Source of the DNA: Patescibacteria group bacterium | Lineage (GTDB): Bacteria > Patescibacteriota > Patescibacteriia > 2-12-FULL-57-11 | Assembly (NCBI GenBank): GCA_004297205.1 | Contig: SCUL01000002.1 | Span: 252,594 to 316,593, forward strand | Direction of reading: 5' to 3' | Length of the DNA stretch: 64,000 bases | Shown: piece by piece, positions 1 through 8,903 of the stretch | How positions within the stretch are numbered: the stretch's first letter is position 1 | Layout: every line of letters begins with the position of its first letter | The notes under the pieces: generated by a model | Database searches by the model: none | What the model saw: the letters and a program-made list of their open reading frames with translations, nothing else | What the model was told of the DNA's origin: nothing | Translations under genes and position numbers: made by a program

Positions 1-142
1 TCCTGTCCCAGGAAGGAACCTTCCCGTCGTAGACCTCCTGAAGCGCGACCACATCGGGCTTGGTCGCACGAATCAGGGCCAGCACCTCATCCATGAGGTG
101 GCCGCCCAACCAGACGTTGAGGCACAGAAACTTCAACTGCAT
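1..142 (-). CDS. Endonuclease/exonuclease/phosphatase family protein, N-terminal part (runs off the window start)
   Basis: Hand translation from ATG at 142: MQLKFLCLNVWLGGHLMDEVLALIRATKPDVVALQEVYDG, with the EEP-type LNV...PDVVALQEV motifs; not in the ORF track. Confidence 0.75.
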   Translation of the reverse strand, partial: MQLKFLCLNVWLGGHLMDEVLALIRATKPDVVALQEVYDGKVPSWDR

Positions 143-201
143 GGGCCATATTCAAACAGAAACGGCGGAAAAAGGGAAGCATGAACCTCACAGCAGGACA
201 A

Positions 202-230
202 TTGATTGAATGGAGGAACCATGATATCTT
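202..230 (+). promoter_or_regulatory. Candidate sigma70 promoter of the 258-4226 operon
   Basis: TTGATT-17bp-TATCTT with an extended -10 TG. Confidence 0.45.
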
Positions 231-257
231 CTTCTGGTCTTTATCGGACCAGACAGT

Positions 258-1064
258 ATGCTCGCTACGGTCAAATCACGGCTCCGCCGCAGCTGGGCGG
301 CCATCGGCCTGTACCGCGCCTTGAAAAACGCCGCGGTCTTCCCGTTGCGTTTTACACCGCTGCGCACGCTTCAGCTCAAAAACATGCCGCTTGCCGACCT
401 TGCCAAACCGTGGAAGATCGATCTCCTCCGCAAGGTGAGCCCCTACACCAAGAATGGCTATCCCCGGCTGTCCAACATCTTCGACTGCGCGACGGACGTG
501 GAACGCAGGAAGCTGCCGGGCGCCTTCGTGGAGTGCGGTACCTGGAAGGGCGGAACGACCGCGGTCATGGGCGCGGTCGCGCACCGCTTCGGCGGCACGC
601 GGACAACCTGGTATTTCGATTCGTTCGAAGGCATGCCGGCGCCCGCGCCGCAGGACGGCAGCAAGACGGACGAAATTGCGGGTGATGTGCTCAAAGCGTC
701 CGTTGCCGACGTCGAGGAGCTTGTCTTCGGTACGCTCCACCTTCCCCGGGAGAAAAACCGCATCGTCAAAGGGTGGTTCGAGCACACGTTGCCGGACACC
801 AAAGCGCAGATCGGCCCGATCGCGTTGCTGCGTCTCGACGCGGACTGGTACGAAGCGACGAAACTCATCTTGAACGAACTCTATGACCAGGTCGTCCCCG
901 GCGGCTGGCTGATCTTCGACGACTACGGCCGCTGGCAGGGCTGCAAAACCGCCGTCGACGAATTCTTCGCGGCGCGCGGCCTGTCCCCGAAACTGCACTT
1001 CGTCGGCAGCCGCGGCGGCGTCTACGGCGACCGGCTGGCACCGATGTTTTTCCGAAAAACCTAG
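258..1064 (+). CDS. TylF/MycF/NovP-family O-methyltransferase
   Basis: VECGTWKGG, FDSFEGMP, VKGWF, LRLDADWYE and FDDY motifs. Confidence 0.9.
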   Translation: MLATVKSRLRRSWAAIGLYRALKNAAVFPLRFTPLRTLQLKNMPLADLAKPWKIDLLRKVSPYTKNGYPRLSNIFDCATDVERRKLPGAFVECGTWKGGTTAVMGAVAHRFGGTRTTWYFDSFEGMPAPAPQDGSKTDEIAGDVLKASVADVEELVFGTLHLPREKNRIVKGWFEHTLPDTKAQIGPIALLRLDADWYEATKLILNELYDQVVPGGWLIFDDYGRWQGCKTAVDEFFAARGLSPKLHFVGSRGGVYGDRLAPMFFRKT

Positions 1065-1070
1065 TCTCGT

Positions 1071-1847
1071 ATGGAACGTCTCGCCGCGCTGCCGATCGCC
1101 GAACTCCGGCGGCGCGCACAATCGACGGCGCCGGAGGCCGGACGCGATCCCCTCATTGGATTGACGATCCGGTTTTTTTCGATCTACGTCACGAAGGTGC
1201 TGATCGGCACGCCGATCACGCCGAACCAGGTCACGGCGCTTTCGGTGTTCGTTTTCTTGGCCGGCATGGCGCTGTTCGCGTTCGCATCCGTCCCGCTGTA
1301 CGCCGTCGGCATTTTTCTCGTCTACCTCTCGGTGGTGCTCGACGGCGTGGACGGCGAAATCGCGCGTTTGAAATTCCCGGGGCGCAAAGTCGGCAGCCTG
1401 TGGACCGAACCGGTCAGCCATGACATCCAATACGCGCTCATGTACGTGCCGCTCGCGATCAACGCCTGGCAGGTGACCGGATCGGTCGTTCCCGTTTTCG
1501 TCGGACTCGGCGCCGCCATCACGAAACTGCTGTATCGTCTGCTCGACCACCGTTTCGCCCAGCTGCAGTACTGGCTCAAGGTGGAGGCGGGCGCGGCCCA
1601 ATCGGTGCAGACCTTCCAAACGCCGTTCGTGAAAAACGTCGGGTTTCCGCAACGCGCGTATCGCCTGCTGAACCGGAACGTTTTCAGCTCCGTCGGCCTG
1701 GTGGTGCCGCTGGCCGCGTGCGCCGCGTTCAACCGGATCGACGTCTTTCTCTGGATGTTCGGCGTCTACTACCTGACCGTCACCGTCATCGCGTTCCTGA
1801 AGCACGTCCGGTACGTTTCCGGTCTGGCACGCCCGCCCGCGCCCTGA
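1071..1847 (+). CDS. CDP-alcohol phosphotransferase family membrane protein
   Basis: ITPNQVT and LDGVDGEIAR (DxxDGxxAR) motifs; several TM segments. Confidence 0.85.
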   Translation: MERLAALPIAELRRRAQSTAPEAGRDPLIGLTIRFFSIYVTKVLIGTPITPNQVTALSVFVFLAGMALFAFASVPLYAVGIFLVYLSVVLDGVDGEIARLKFPGRKVGSLWTEPVSHDIQYALMYVPLAINAWQVTGSVVPVFVGLGAAITKLLYRLLDHRFAQLQYWLKVEAGAAQSVQTFQTPFVKNVGFPQRAYRLLNRNVFSSVGLVVPLAACAAFNRIDVFLWMFGVYYLTVTVIAFLKHVRYVSGLARPPAP

Positions 1848-1853
1848 CCTCCT

Positions 1854-2630
1854 ATGCCGAGACCCTTCACCGGGGTCATCCTCGCCGCGGGCATGGGCAC
1901 GCGCCTGGGAGAAATGACCCGGGACATTCCCAAGCCCCTCCTCGCCGTGAACGGCAAGCCGCTCATCGCGTACGGCACGGACTGGATGCGCGCGGCCGGA
2001 GCGGAACGCGTCGTCGTGGTCGGCGGGTACCGCATCGAGCAGCTGCGCGCTTTTTTATCCGCGCACGATCCGGACGTGATCGTTGCAGAGAATCCCGATT
2101 TCGCCACGACCCAGCGCATGGTCAGCCTGTTGGCCGCCGAGCCGCACGTCACGGGCGACCTTCTCGTCCAAGACGGAGACTACATCTTCACGCGTGCCGC
2201 CGCGGAAGCGCTGGAGCAGGATCCCCCGGAGACGATCGTCGTTCACGGGACGCGCCGCCGGGACGCATGCTGGTCGGCCATGGACGTCATCATCCGCACG
2301 GCAGCGGACGGCAGCATGACCGACATCTTCAAGACGTCCGGCACGCAGCCTTTGGGAACGGGCGAATACTATTTCAACAGCCAGGCGTTCTGGCCTGCAG
2401 ACGCCGTCGCGCCGTTCTTCCGCCACGCCCGCGCATTGATCGCCGCCCGCGGGCCGGTCCTGCACGTGGAGGACGCATTGATGGAATACGTCCGGCATGG
2501 TAAGAGCGTGAACGTCCGTCCGATAGAAACGGGCTACTGGGTCGAGGTGGATACCCCCTCCGAAAAAGAGGCCGCGGAACGCTTCGCCGCCGCCTATCTG
2601 AACGATCTCCCGAACGCATGTCCACGCTGA
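1854..2630 (+). CDS. NTP transferase, phosphocholine/sugar-phosphate cytidylyltransferase-like (LicC/IPCT-like)
   Basis: GVILAAGMGTRLG...PKPL, DGD and WVEVDT motifs. Confidence 0.8.
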   Translation: MPRPFTGVILAAGMGTRLGEMTRDIPKPLLAVNGKPLIAYGTDWMRAAGAERVVVVGGYRIEQLRAFLSAHDPDVIVAENPDFATTQRMVSLLAAEPHVTGDLLVQDGDYIFTRAAAEALEQDPPETIVVHGTRRRDACWSAMDVIIRTAADGSMTDIFKTSGTQPLGTGEYYFNSQAFWPADAVAPFFRHARALIAARGPVLHVEDALMEYVRHGKSVNVRPIETGYWVEVDTPSEKEAAERFAAAYLNDLPNACPR

Positions 2631-3193
2631 ACATCGGTCTCGATTTCGACGGCGTCATCGCCGACACCAGCGCCCTGAAGCGGGAACACGCCCGGGCGCT
2701 GTTCGGCGTGGAGCTGCCGGCAGACCGCCTGAAGGAACAGATGGTGACCGCGGACGGCCTGATGACGCGGGACCAGTACCGCGCGCTCATGCGCGCCGTC
2801 TGTGCCACACGCGACCTGGGACTGCGCATGGCGCCGCTCCCCGGGATGGATGAGGCGCTCCGCGCGTTGGTCGCTTCCGGGCACGACTGCAAAATCATCA
2901 CCGCGAGATGCGAGGAGGAAGTTGCCGTCGCCCGCGAGTGGTGCCTGTCGCGCGCCCTGCCGGACCTGCCGTTCGTCTCCGTCGGCTACGGCATGCCGAA
3001 GACGGAAGCGGCGCGCGGCCTGGACGCGTATATCGACGATGACCTCCAGAAACTCCTCCCGCTGGTCGGCGCCGTACCGCACCTGTTTCTCTTCACCCAG
3101 CCGCACAACGCGGGGGACGCTGTCCCGCCGGGCATCCGCCGCGTCGCGTCGTGGTACGAATTCACGACGCACCTCGCCGCCGTCCCCTCCTGA
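2618..3193 (+). CDS. HAD-superfamily phosphatase (5'(3')-nucleotidase-like)
   Basis: DFDGVI motif I, IITAR motif II, K, YIDDD motif IV. Confidence 0.8.
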   Translation: MSTLNIGLDFDGVIADTSALKREHARALFGVELPADRLKEQMVTADGLMTRDQYRALMRAVCATRDLGLRMAPLPGMDEALRALVASGHDCKIITARCEEEVAVAREWCLSRALPDLPFVSVGYGMPKTEAARGLDAYIDDDLQKLLPLVGAVPHLFLFTQPHNAGDAVPPGIRRVASWYEFTTHLAAVPS

Positions 3194-3194
3194 T

Positions 3195-4226
3195 ATGCAG
3201 CCCGCGGAACCCCGCCAGCCCGAAGACGCGCATTTTGCGCCGATCGCCGAAATCTTCGGCCTGCGCGGCGGCGTGAATTCAGAAATCCGTTACGTGCGTT
3301 CCCCGCTCGGCACCCTCACGGTGGAAGCGCGGTACGGCGCAAAGAAGGGCGGCTTCCCCCACGCGGAGGCGGTACGCTGGAGCGACGACATCGCCGCGTA
3401 CCACGATGAGCTCGCACGCCGCGGCGTCCCCTTGCCTCCCTTGGAACGGATGGTCATCGAACATGACCGCGCGACGGAACGCGCCGTCATCGTAAAAACC
3501 TCTCCGTGGACCGGCCACGACGTCAGCCACCTGTTGGAACATACTCCGGTCGGCGGTGACCCGGACGCCGTCGCGCGCCTCGTCCGGCAGATCTGCGCCA
3601 TCCTCGTGCCGATCTGCGCGGAACGCCATGTGGGGTGGGAAACGGAAGTCGGCATCGACCCGCGCTGCAGCAACTTCACCGTCGACGCCGACGCACGGAT
3701 GTGGTTCGTGGACCTGTTTCCCCCGCGCTTCCGCAAAAACGGCATCCCCATCGTCGAATGGCCGCACCCGCAGAGCGATGAAGGGTTCCGTCTCGGCGTG
3801 TTCAAACACTTCGACGTCCGCGGCATCGCGCTCACCACCATCGCCCAACTCTCCCGCATTCTCCCTCTGCAGAAAGCGGCGTTCGAGAACGACGTGATCG
3901 CGGGTCTCGCCGCGGCGCTCCGCCCCGAAGAACGGACGGAGCTTGCCGACGGGCTTGCGAGAAGTCCGTGGCACCGCGTACGGACGGCGCTCGCCGCGGG
4001 AAACACGGCCGAGGTGGCGGCGATCATCGCCGGCGCGCCGACGGAACCGGTCTTCGGCGCCCCGTATGGCGTCTATGCATTGCGCGAAATCGCGCTCGAA
4101 CTCGCCGCGGCCGGACGGCTGACGCGGCAGGCCCTGGAAGATTTTTTCCGCGCCTCGCACTACGAGGATGCGCTTCCCAAGGAGAGGCTGGAAGGACTGA
4201 TCCGACAACTCCAGGCGGCCACATAA
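3195..4226 (+). CDS. Hypothetical protein with probable kinase-like (APH/choline-kinase superfamily) fold
   Basis: ATG at 3195 one base after the upstream TGA; GIDPRCSNF (DxxxxN) followed by WFVDLF (DFG-like). Confidence 0.55.
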   Translation: MQPAEPRQPEDAHFAPIAEIFGLRGGVNSEIRYVRSPLGTLTVEARYGAKKGGFPHAEAVRWSDDIAAYHDELARRGVPLPPLERMVIEHDRATERAVIVKTSPWTGHDVSHLLEHTPVGGDPDAVARLVRQICAILVPICAERHVGWETEVGIDPRCSNFTVDADARMWFVDLFPPRFRKNGIPIVEWPHPQSDEGFRLGVFKHFDVRGIALTTIAQLSRILPLQKAAFENDVIAGLAAALRPEERTELADGLARSPWHRVRTALAAGNTAEVAAIIAGAPTEPVFGAPYGVYALREIALELAAAGRLTRQALEDFFRASHYEDALPKERLEGLIRQLQAAT

Positions 4227-4255
4227 AACGCCGGTCCCGAAAGGACCGGCGTTTT
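4225..4255. terminator. Bidirectional intrinsic terminator between convergent operons
   Basis: AAAACGCCGGTCC-CGAAA-GGACCGGCGTTTT perfect inverted repeat with A and T tails. Confidence 0.8.
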
Positions 4256-4269
4256 GTCGATCCGCGCGG

Positions 4270-4923
4270 TTACTTCTTGCGGAGGAAGTAACAGACGCGC
4301 TTCGAGAACCATTTTGACGCAGGAAGCTTCACACCCGGCACGTACGGAACGAATCCGCCGTCGTATCGCACGTCCTCCCGCGTAAAGTTGACGAGGAAGG
4401 TCTTTGCAAAGACGTCACGGGTTAAAAAGGTGATATGGTTGTTGACCGTGTTGAAGCCCGTGATGTTATTCGAAACGAGGTATTGCACCCTCGCCCACAC
4501 GCTTTCTCCGCTCGGGAAGGAAAGGATGAATGACCCTCCTGGTTTCAACACCCGCGCCGCTTCGCGAGCAAATAAAAAGGGATTTTCCAGGTGCTCCATC
4601 ACCTGGATCGCGGTGACCACGTCGAATGACGCGTCCGCAAAGGGAAGCGCGTCGCGGGACAGATCCAGCACCCGTACCTTGTCCCGCAACGCCTCATGAC
4701 GCACGGAGTTCACGATGTCCGCGCCAAACACTCTTGCCGTTTCGTCACTCTCCTGGATCACCCGCATCGTGCCGCCGGAGCCGCAGCCCAAGTCAAGATA
4801 CGCCTGACCCTTCGGCTGACGGGCCAGGAACGCACGGAAGAACGGCCGCTTCGTCACCCACGCCTGGGAGAATGCGTACCGTTCATTTCCGTAGCTCCAT
4901 GTAGATGGCGCCGTGGTTGACAT
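4270..4923 (-). CDS. Class I SAM-dependent methyltransferase
   Basis: LDLGCGSG, FDVV...EHLENP, RVLKPGG; start chosen at ATG 4923. Confidence 0.85.
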   Translation of the reverse strand: MSTTAPSTWSYGNERYAFSQAWVTKRPFFRAFLARQPKGQAYLDLGCGSGGTMRVIQESDETARVFGADIVNSVRHEALRDKVRVLDLSRDALPFADASFDVVTAIQVMEHLENPFLFAREAARVLKPGGSFILSFPSGESVWARVQYLVSNNITGFNTVNNHITFLTRDVFAKTFLVNFTREDVRYDGGFVPYVPGVKLPASKWFSKRVCYFLRKK

Positions 4924-4931
4924 AAGAGAGA

Positions 4932-5756
4932 TCAGGGTTTCCGTCCGACCAGGAAATGGGCCTGTGCCAATCGCGGACCCGTCTCGAGCGGATACTCCCG
5001 CCACAGGCGGCGAACGCGCGCGACGCCGCGATCCAGGTACGTGAGGGCGCTGTCCAGCGGAAGATAGACCGGCACGAACAGCGGGAACGGGTTGACGTGC
5101 GTGATCGTGAGATCCACGAACCCCGCCGCGGCGGCGTGCGCGGCGTATTGCTCCGCGGTGTCGTTGTTCCTGTAGTAATCCTTCTTCGGGGGCGTCGTTC
5201 GGAACGGACGGATCAGCCGCTTATAGACGGCGTTCAACGACTGCACCGAACGTTTCCCGGGGATGTTCAACGACACCATCAACCCGCCGGGGCGCAAGAC
5301 GCGCAGCGTCTCCGCCATCACCTCGCGGTAATCCTGGAAATGCTCCAAGAGTCCGATGGAACACGCGACATCGAACGCGCCGTCGGGAAAAGGCAAATGC
5401 CGTACGTCGGCCGCGACGAAGGTCCCCGTGCCGCCGTGGTGCGCGAAGTTCCTCCGGGAAAGATCGAGCGCGTCCTCGGAGAGGTCCACGAGCGTCACAT
5501 CGAGGCCGTCGTACGTGTTCAAGTACAGCCCCGCGGTCCCGCGGCCGCACCCGAGTTCGATCGCGTTCTTGAACCCCCGGCCGCGGATCGCGCGACGGAT
5601 GAAGTCGCTGTACCAAAACAGGGAAAACTGCCGCTGCGTCCGAGGCACGCCTCCCTTCGGGACGTAGACCGTCCATTCTTCGCGGTTCACGCCCCCAAGG
5701 CCGGCCATTTTCCACTTCGTTTCAAAAGCGGAGTTGTCCTGCGCAGGCGCGTTCAT
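4932..5756 (-). CDS. Class I SAM-dependent methyltransferase
   Basis: IELGCGRG, FDVACSIGLLEH, RVLRPGG; ATG 5756 overlaps the upstream TGA. Confidence 0.85.
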   Translation of the reverse strand: MNAPAQDNSAFETKWKMAGLGGVNREEWTVYVPKGGVPRTQRQFSLFWYSDFIRRAIRGRGFKNAIELGCGRGTAGLYLNTYDGLDVTLVDLSEDALDLSRRNFAHHGGTGTFVAADVRHLPFPDGAFDVACSIGLLEHFQDYREVMAETLRVLRPGGLMVSLNIPGKRSVQSLNAVYKRLIRPFRTTPPKKDYYRNNDTAEQYAAHAAAAGFVDLTITHVNPFPLFVPVYLPLDSALTYLDRGVARVRRLWREYPLETGPRLAQAHFLVGRKP

Positions 5757-7144
5757 ACCGACGCAGGGTACCGCCCGAGCGCGAACGCGGCAACCGCGCG
5801 GCCCAGGCGCTCGCCGGACTTTCCGTCGACCGTGCCGCAGAAGAATCGGACCAGCGACGCGCGCTCGCGCGCGCGCAGGGACGGGTCCGCGAGGAACGCG
5901 GCCACGGCCTCGTGCAGCCCCTGCTCGGAGCGCACCATCCACGGCGCCCCGCTCGCCACGACCCGGCGGTAGTACTCCGTGGTGTACCACTTCGCGATCG
6001 AATCCCCGAACGGCTTGCGCGCGTAGCCGTCGAAGGCGACGTTGATGACCGGTTTGTCGAATGCCGCCGCGTCGAGGGTCAGCGTCGAATTCGAGGTGAT
6101 CAGGAGGTCGCAGTGGCGGAGCAGGTTCGCCATGTGGCGGATCTGCGCGTCGCTGTAATCCCACTGGTCGCGGAAACCCGCGGACGGGGCGTAGGTGGCG
6201 TCGATGCGGACGTCCGGATCGGATGCGAACCGGGAAAACTTCTGTGCGTCTCCTTTGTAGATGAAATGCGGACGGATGAAGAGCTGGGCGGGCGCGCCAA
6301 AGCCTCCCGACCGGATCCCTTTGAGCAGCATGTCGACGATGTCCGGATCATGCTTCGCGATCTTCCCTTCCGAGGCGTACACGATCACTTTCTTCGCCGG
6401 ATCCAACCCGAGCCCGCGGAGGAACTCGGCGCGCGGCACGACGAGGCGCTCGTCGCGGTAGGCGTCGAACTGCGGAATCCCGGTTTCCACAACGTCGGCA
6501 TCCCGCATGTTCTGGAACGTCCGCGCCTCCTCCCGGGAATACGGCGCCCAGACGGCCATGCGGTCCGGTTTCACGCGGACGCTCATTTTGGATAGGTTGT
6601 CCCAAGACTTCGGCATGCCGATGATCGGGACGCCGCGTTGCCGCGCCTGCTTGGCCACGGACACGTCCATGTCTTCCATGATGCTGGTACAAAAAACCGC
6701 GACCGGGTCGTACCGGGCAAAAAGGTCGCCGTAGGTGCGGTCGCGTACGAGCGCCGCATCAAGGGCGCGCGCTGCTTCCTTGAGCCAGCCGATCGTACGC
6801 AACGGGCGGAAGACGATGCGCTTCGCCCAATAGCGCGCCGTGTTCGCTTCCTTGGGATCGTAAATGCCGTAGCGGTCGCGCATCTCGGTGCTTGCGTTGT
6901 ACACGAGCGCCTTGTGCAGGCCCACCAGCAGGCCGTCCAGCCAGCTCCAGCGCGGCTCGGACAACGGCGCGAACGTCACGCCGGGCGCGGAAAACTCCGC
7001 CAAGAATCGCGGGTCGTTCCAGGCGGGAGTGAGGACCACCAATCGCAGTCCGGACGCGCGCAGCACCCGGAGCACGTCCGTCTTCAAGATATTGCGCGCG
7101 GTGCCGCCGCGCGACACGGTGACGAAAAGGACGCGCTCGTTCAC
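5753..7144 (-). CDS. GT-B-type transferase (CDP-glycerol glycerophosphotransferase-like; candidate ulosonate transferase)
   Basis: SWDNLSK, TGIPQFD, IRPH, STLTLDAA..DKP, DGKSGER motifs; paralog of 13546-14934. Confidence 0.6.
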   Translation of the reverse strand: MNERVLFVTVSRGGTARNILKTDVLRVLRASGLRLVVLTPAWNDPRFLAEFSAPGVTFAPLSEPRWSWLDGLLVGLHKALVYNASTEMRDRYGIYDPKEANTARYWAKRIVFRPLRTIGWLKEAARALDAALVRDRTYGDLFARYDPVAVFCTSIMEDMDVSVAKQARQRGVPIIGMPKSWDNLSKMSVRVKPDRMAVWAPYSREEARTFQNMRDADVVETGIPQFDAYRDERLVVPRAEFLRGLGLDPAKKVIVYASEGKIAKHDPDIVDMLLKGIRSGGFGAPAQLFIRPHFIYKGDAQKFSRFASDPDVRIDATYAPSAGFRDQWDYSDAQIRHMANLLRHCDLLITSNSTLTLDAAAFDKPVINVAFDGYARKPFGDSIAKWYTTEYYRRVVASGAPWMVRSEQGLHEAVAAFLADPSLRARERASLVRFFCGTVDGKSGERLGRAVAAFALGRYPASV

Positions 7145-7147
7145 AGG

Positions 7148-7909
7148 TTACGGGTGCGTTGCAGCGGGGTCGTAACTGGCGTATCCCTTCCAGGTGCCGA
7201 CGTCCACCGGCCGGTCGTGCCGCCGGAGCACGTAGCAGACCTTCTCGCTCAGCCGACGCTGCACCCATGCAACGGGGGGCAGGCGCAGCTTCCGACCCGC
7301 GAAACGGATGAACGGATTGCTGTAGTCCGTCCGCTCAAGAGTGAAATACGGCCCGACCATCTTTTGGAAAACGTCCGCGGTCTGGAACGAAATGTGGTTG
7401 TTGCGGAGGTTGAAACCGATCACGTTGCCTGAGCGCAGGAACCGCAGCCGGCTCGGCAGAGAAAAACCGTGCGGAATGGAGATCACGCACCGGCCACCGA
7501 CCTTGAGGACGCGGGCGAACTCGCGCACTGCGTGCCACGGGTTCTCTACGTGCTCCAGCATTTGCAGGGCAATCACGCCGTCGACGCTCCCGTCCGCGAA
7601 CGGCAGCCGGTCGTGGTTGGCGTCCCATTGCGTGAACGGAAGCGCCTGCGCGGCGGGTGAGGAACGGTAATCATGGATGTCGCACGGCTGGAGGTTGCGG
7701 AAGCCGAGCGACAGCAGCATCTCGGAGAGCGCTCCGCTGCCGCTGCCGATGTCCAGCACGCGGCCGGCCTTGGGAACGTCCCGCATCCACGAAGCCACCT
7801 TGTTCTCGCGGATGCCCCAAGAAGCCATGCCGGCGTAATGCGCACGCAGTTCGCCGGCCTTGGCACGGAGGGTTTCGGGATCGAGATGCGGATGGAAATG
7901 TTCGGCCAT
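7148..7909 (-). CDS. Class I SAM-dependent methyltransferase
   Basis: VLDIGSGSG, EHVENP, RVLKVGG; paralog of 4270-4923. Confidence 0.85.
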   Translation of the reverse strand: MAEHFHPHLDPETLRAKAGELRAHYAGMASWGIRENKVASWMRDVPKAGRVLDIGSGSGALSEMLLSLGFRNLQPCDIHDYRSSPAAQALPFTQWDANHDRLPFADGSVDGVIALQMLEHVENPWHAVREFARVLKVGGRCVISIPHGFSLPSRLRFLRSGNVIGFNLRNNHISFQTADVFQKMVGPYFTLERTDYSNPFIRFAGRKLRLPPVAWVQRRLSEKVCYVLRRHDRPVDVGTWKGYASYDPAATHP

Positions 7910-7913
7910 ACCG

Positions 7914-8894
7914 TCACGCCGCGCCGGGCTCGCCCGGCAGCGATACGTTTTCGTCCCAATTCCACACCACGGCGCCCTGGGCGTCGCGCGAGGCGAAGCG
8001 GCCGCGGTAGTAGTCGCGGTTCAGCATTTCGGCATGGGAGAGCGGACGCGTTTCGCTTCCGAGCATCGCCGTGAATTCCGGAATCATCCGGCGCGCCTCG
8101 GCATGGCGGGCGTGGATCGGCAGCTTGGCGAACGCGGCGAGTTCCTTGAGCTCTTTCGGTCCGATGGACACCGGGCCGTCTTTGGTTTCCTCCGGCGGCA
8201 GGATCGTGAAGTGCCGTTCGATCACGTCGGCCCCCATCGCGAGCGCGGCAAGCGACGCCTTGATGCCGTCGCGGGCCACGAGGGTGTGGTCGCTGAACCC
8301 CACGGACGGCGTGAAGCGGCGCAGCCAGCGCATCCGGTTCAGGTGGGCCTCCGCGAGCGGTGTCGGGTAGATGCTCACGCAATGCAGAAACGAGAAGCTG
8401 TGGATACCCAACGCCTGGGCCGTCCGCTCGACTTCCCAGTCGTAGCACGTCCCGGTGGAAATGAAGAGGTGCGAAAAATGCTGCGCCAGCGAACGGATTA
8501 ACGGCAGCGACGCGCCGTCGAAGCTCGCGACCTTCACCTCTTTCCATCCCAGCGCGACCATGTCCTTCACGCGGCCGCGCGTGAAGATGGTCGTGAGCGG
8601 GCGGATCCCCACGCGCTGGCATTCATCGACGAACCAGGCGTAATCATCCATGGTCAGATCCATGGGACGAAGGCGGGCGTACTCCGCGCCGTAGGGGCGC
8701 TTGATCACCTGGACGACACCATGCTCGTCCGTGATCCCCTCCTCAAAACGGTCGCGTTTCACCAGGTCGTCGGCGAACGCGGTTTGTATCTTGGCATGAG
8801 TGGCGCCGGCCTCATGGGCGGCCGCGATCATCTCCCGGAGCGCGCCGCGGTCCCCCTTGTGGTTTTGGCAAAATTCGGCGATCAGCGTGGTCAT
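7914..8894 (-). CDS. neuB: N-acetylneuraminate synthase family protein (NeuB/SpsE-like)
   Basis: IAEFCQNHKG, KVAS, ISTG, LHCVSIYPT, GFSDHT, IERHFT, KDGPVS motifs. Confidence 0.88.
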   Translation of the reverse strand: MTTLIAEFCQNHKGDRGALREMIAAAHEAGATHAKIQTAFADDLVKRDRFEEGITDEHGVVQVIKRPYGAEYARLRPMDLTMDDYAWFVDECQRVGIRPLTTIFTRGRVKDMVALGWKEVKVASFDGASLPLIRSLAQHFSHLFISTGTCYDWEVERTAQALGIHSFSFLHCVSIYPTPLAEAHLNRMRWLRRFTPSVGFSDHTLVARDGIKASLAALAMGADVIERHFTILPPEETKDGPVSIGPKELKELAAFAKLPIHARHAEARRMIPEFTAMLGSETRPLSHAEMLNRDYYRGRFASRDAQGAVVWNWDENVSLPGEPGAA

Positions 8895-8903
8895 ATTGCG
8901 GCG

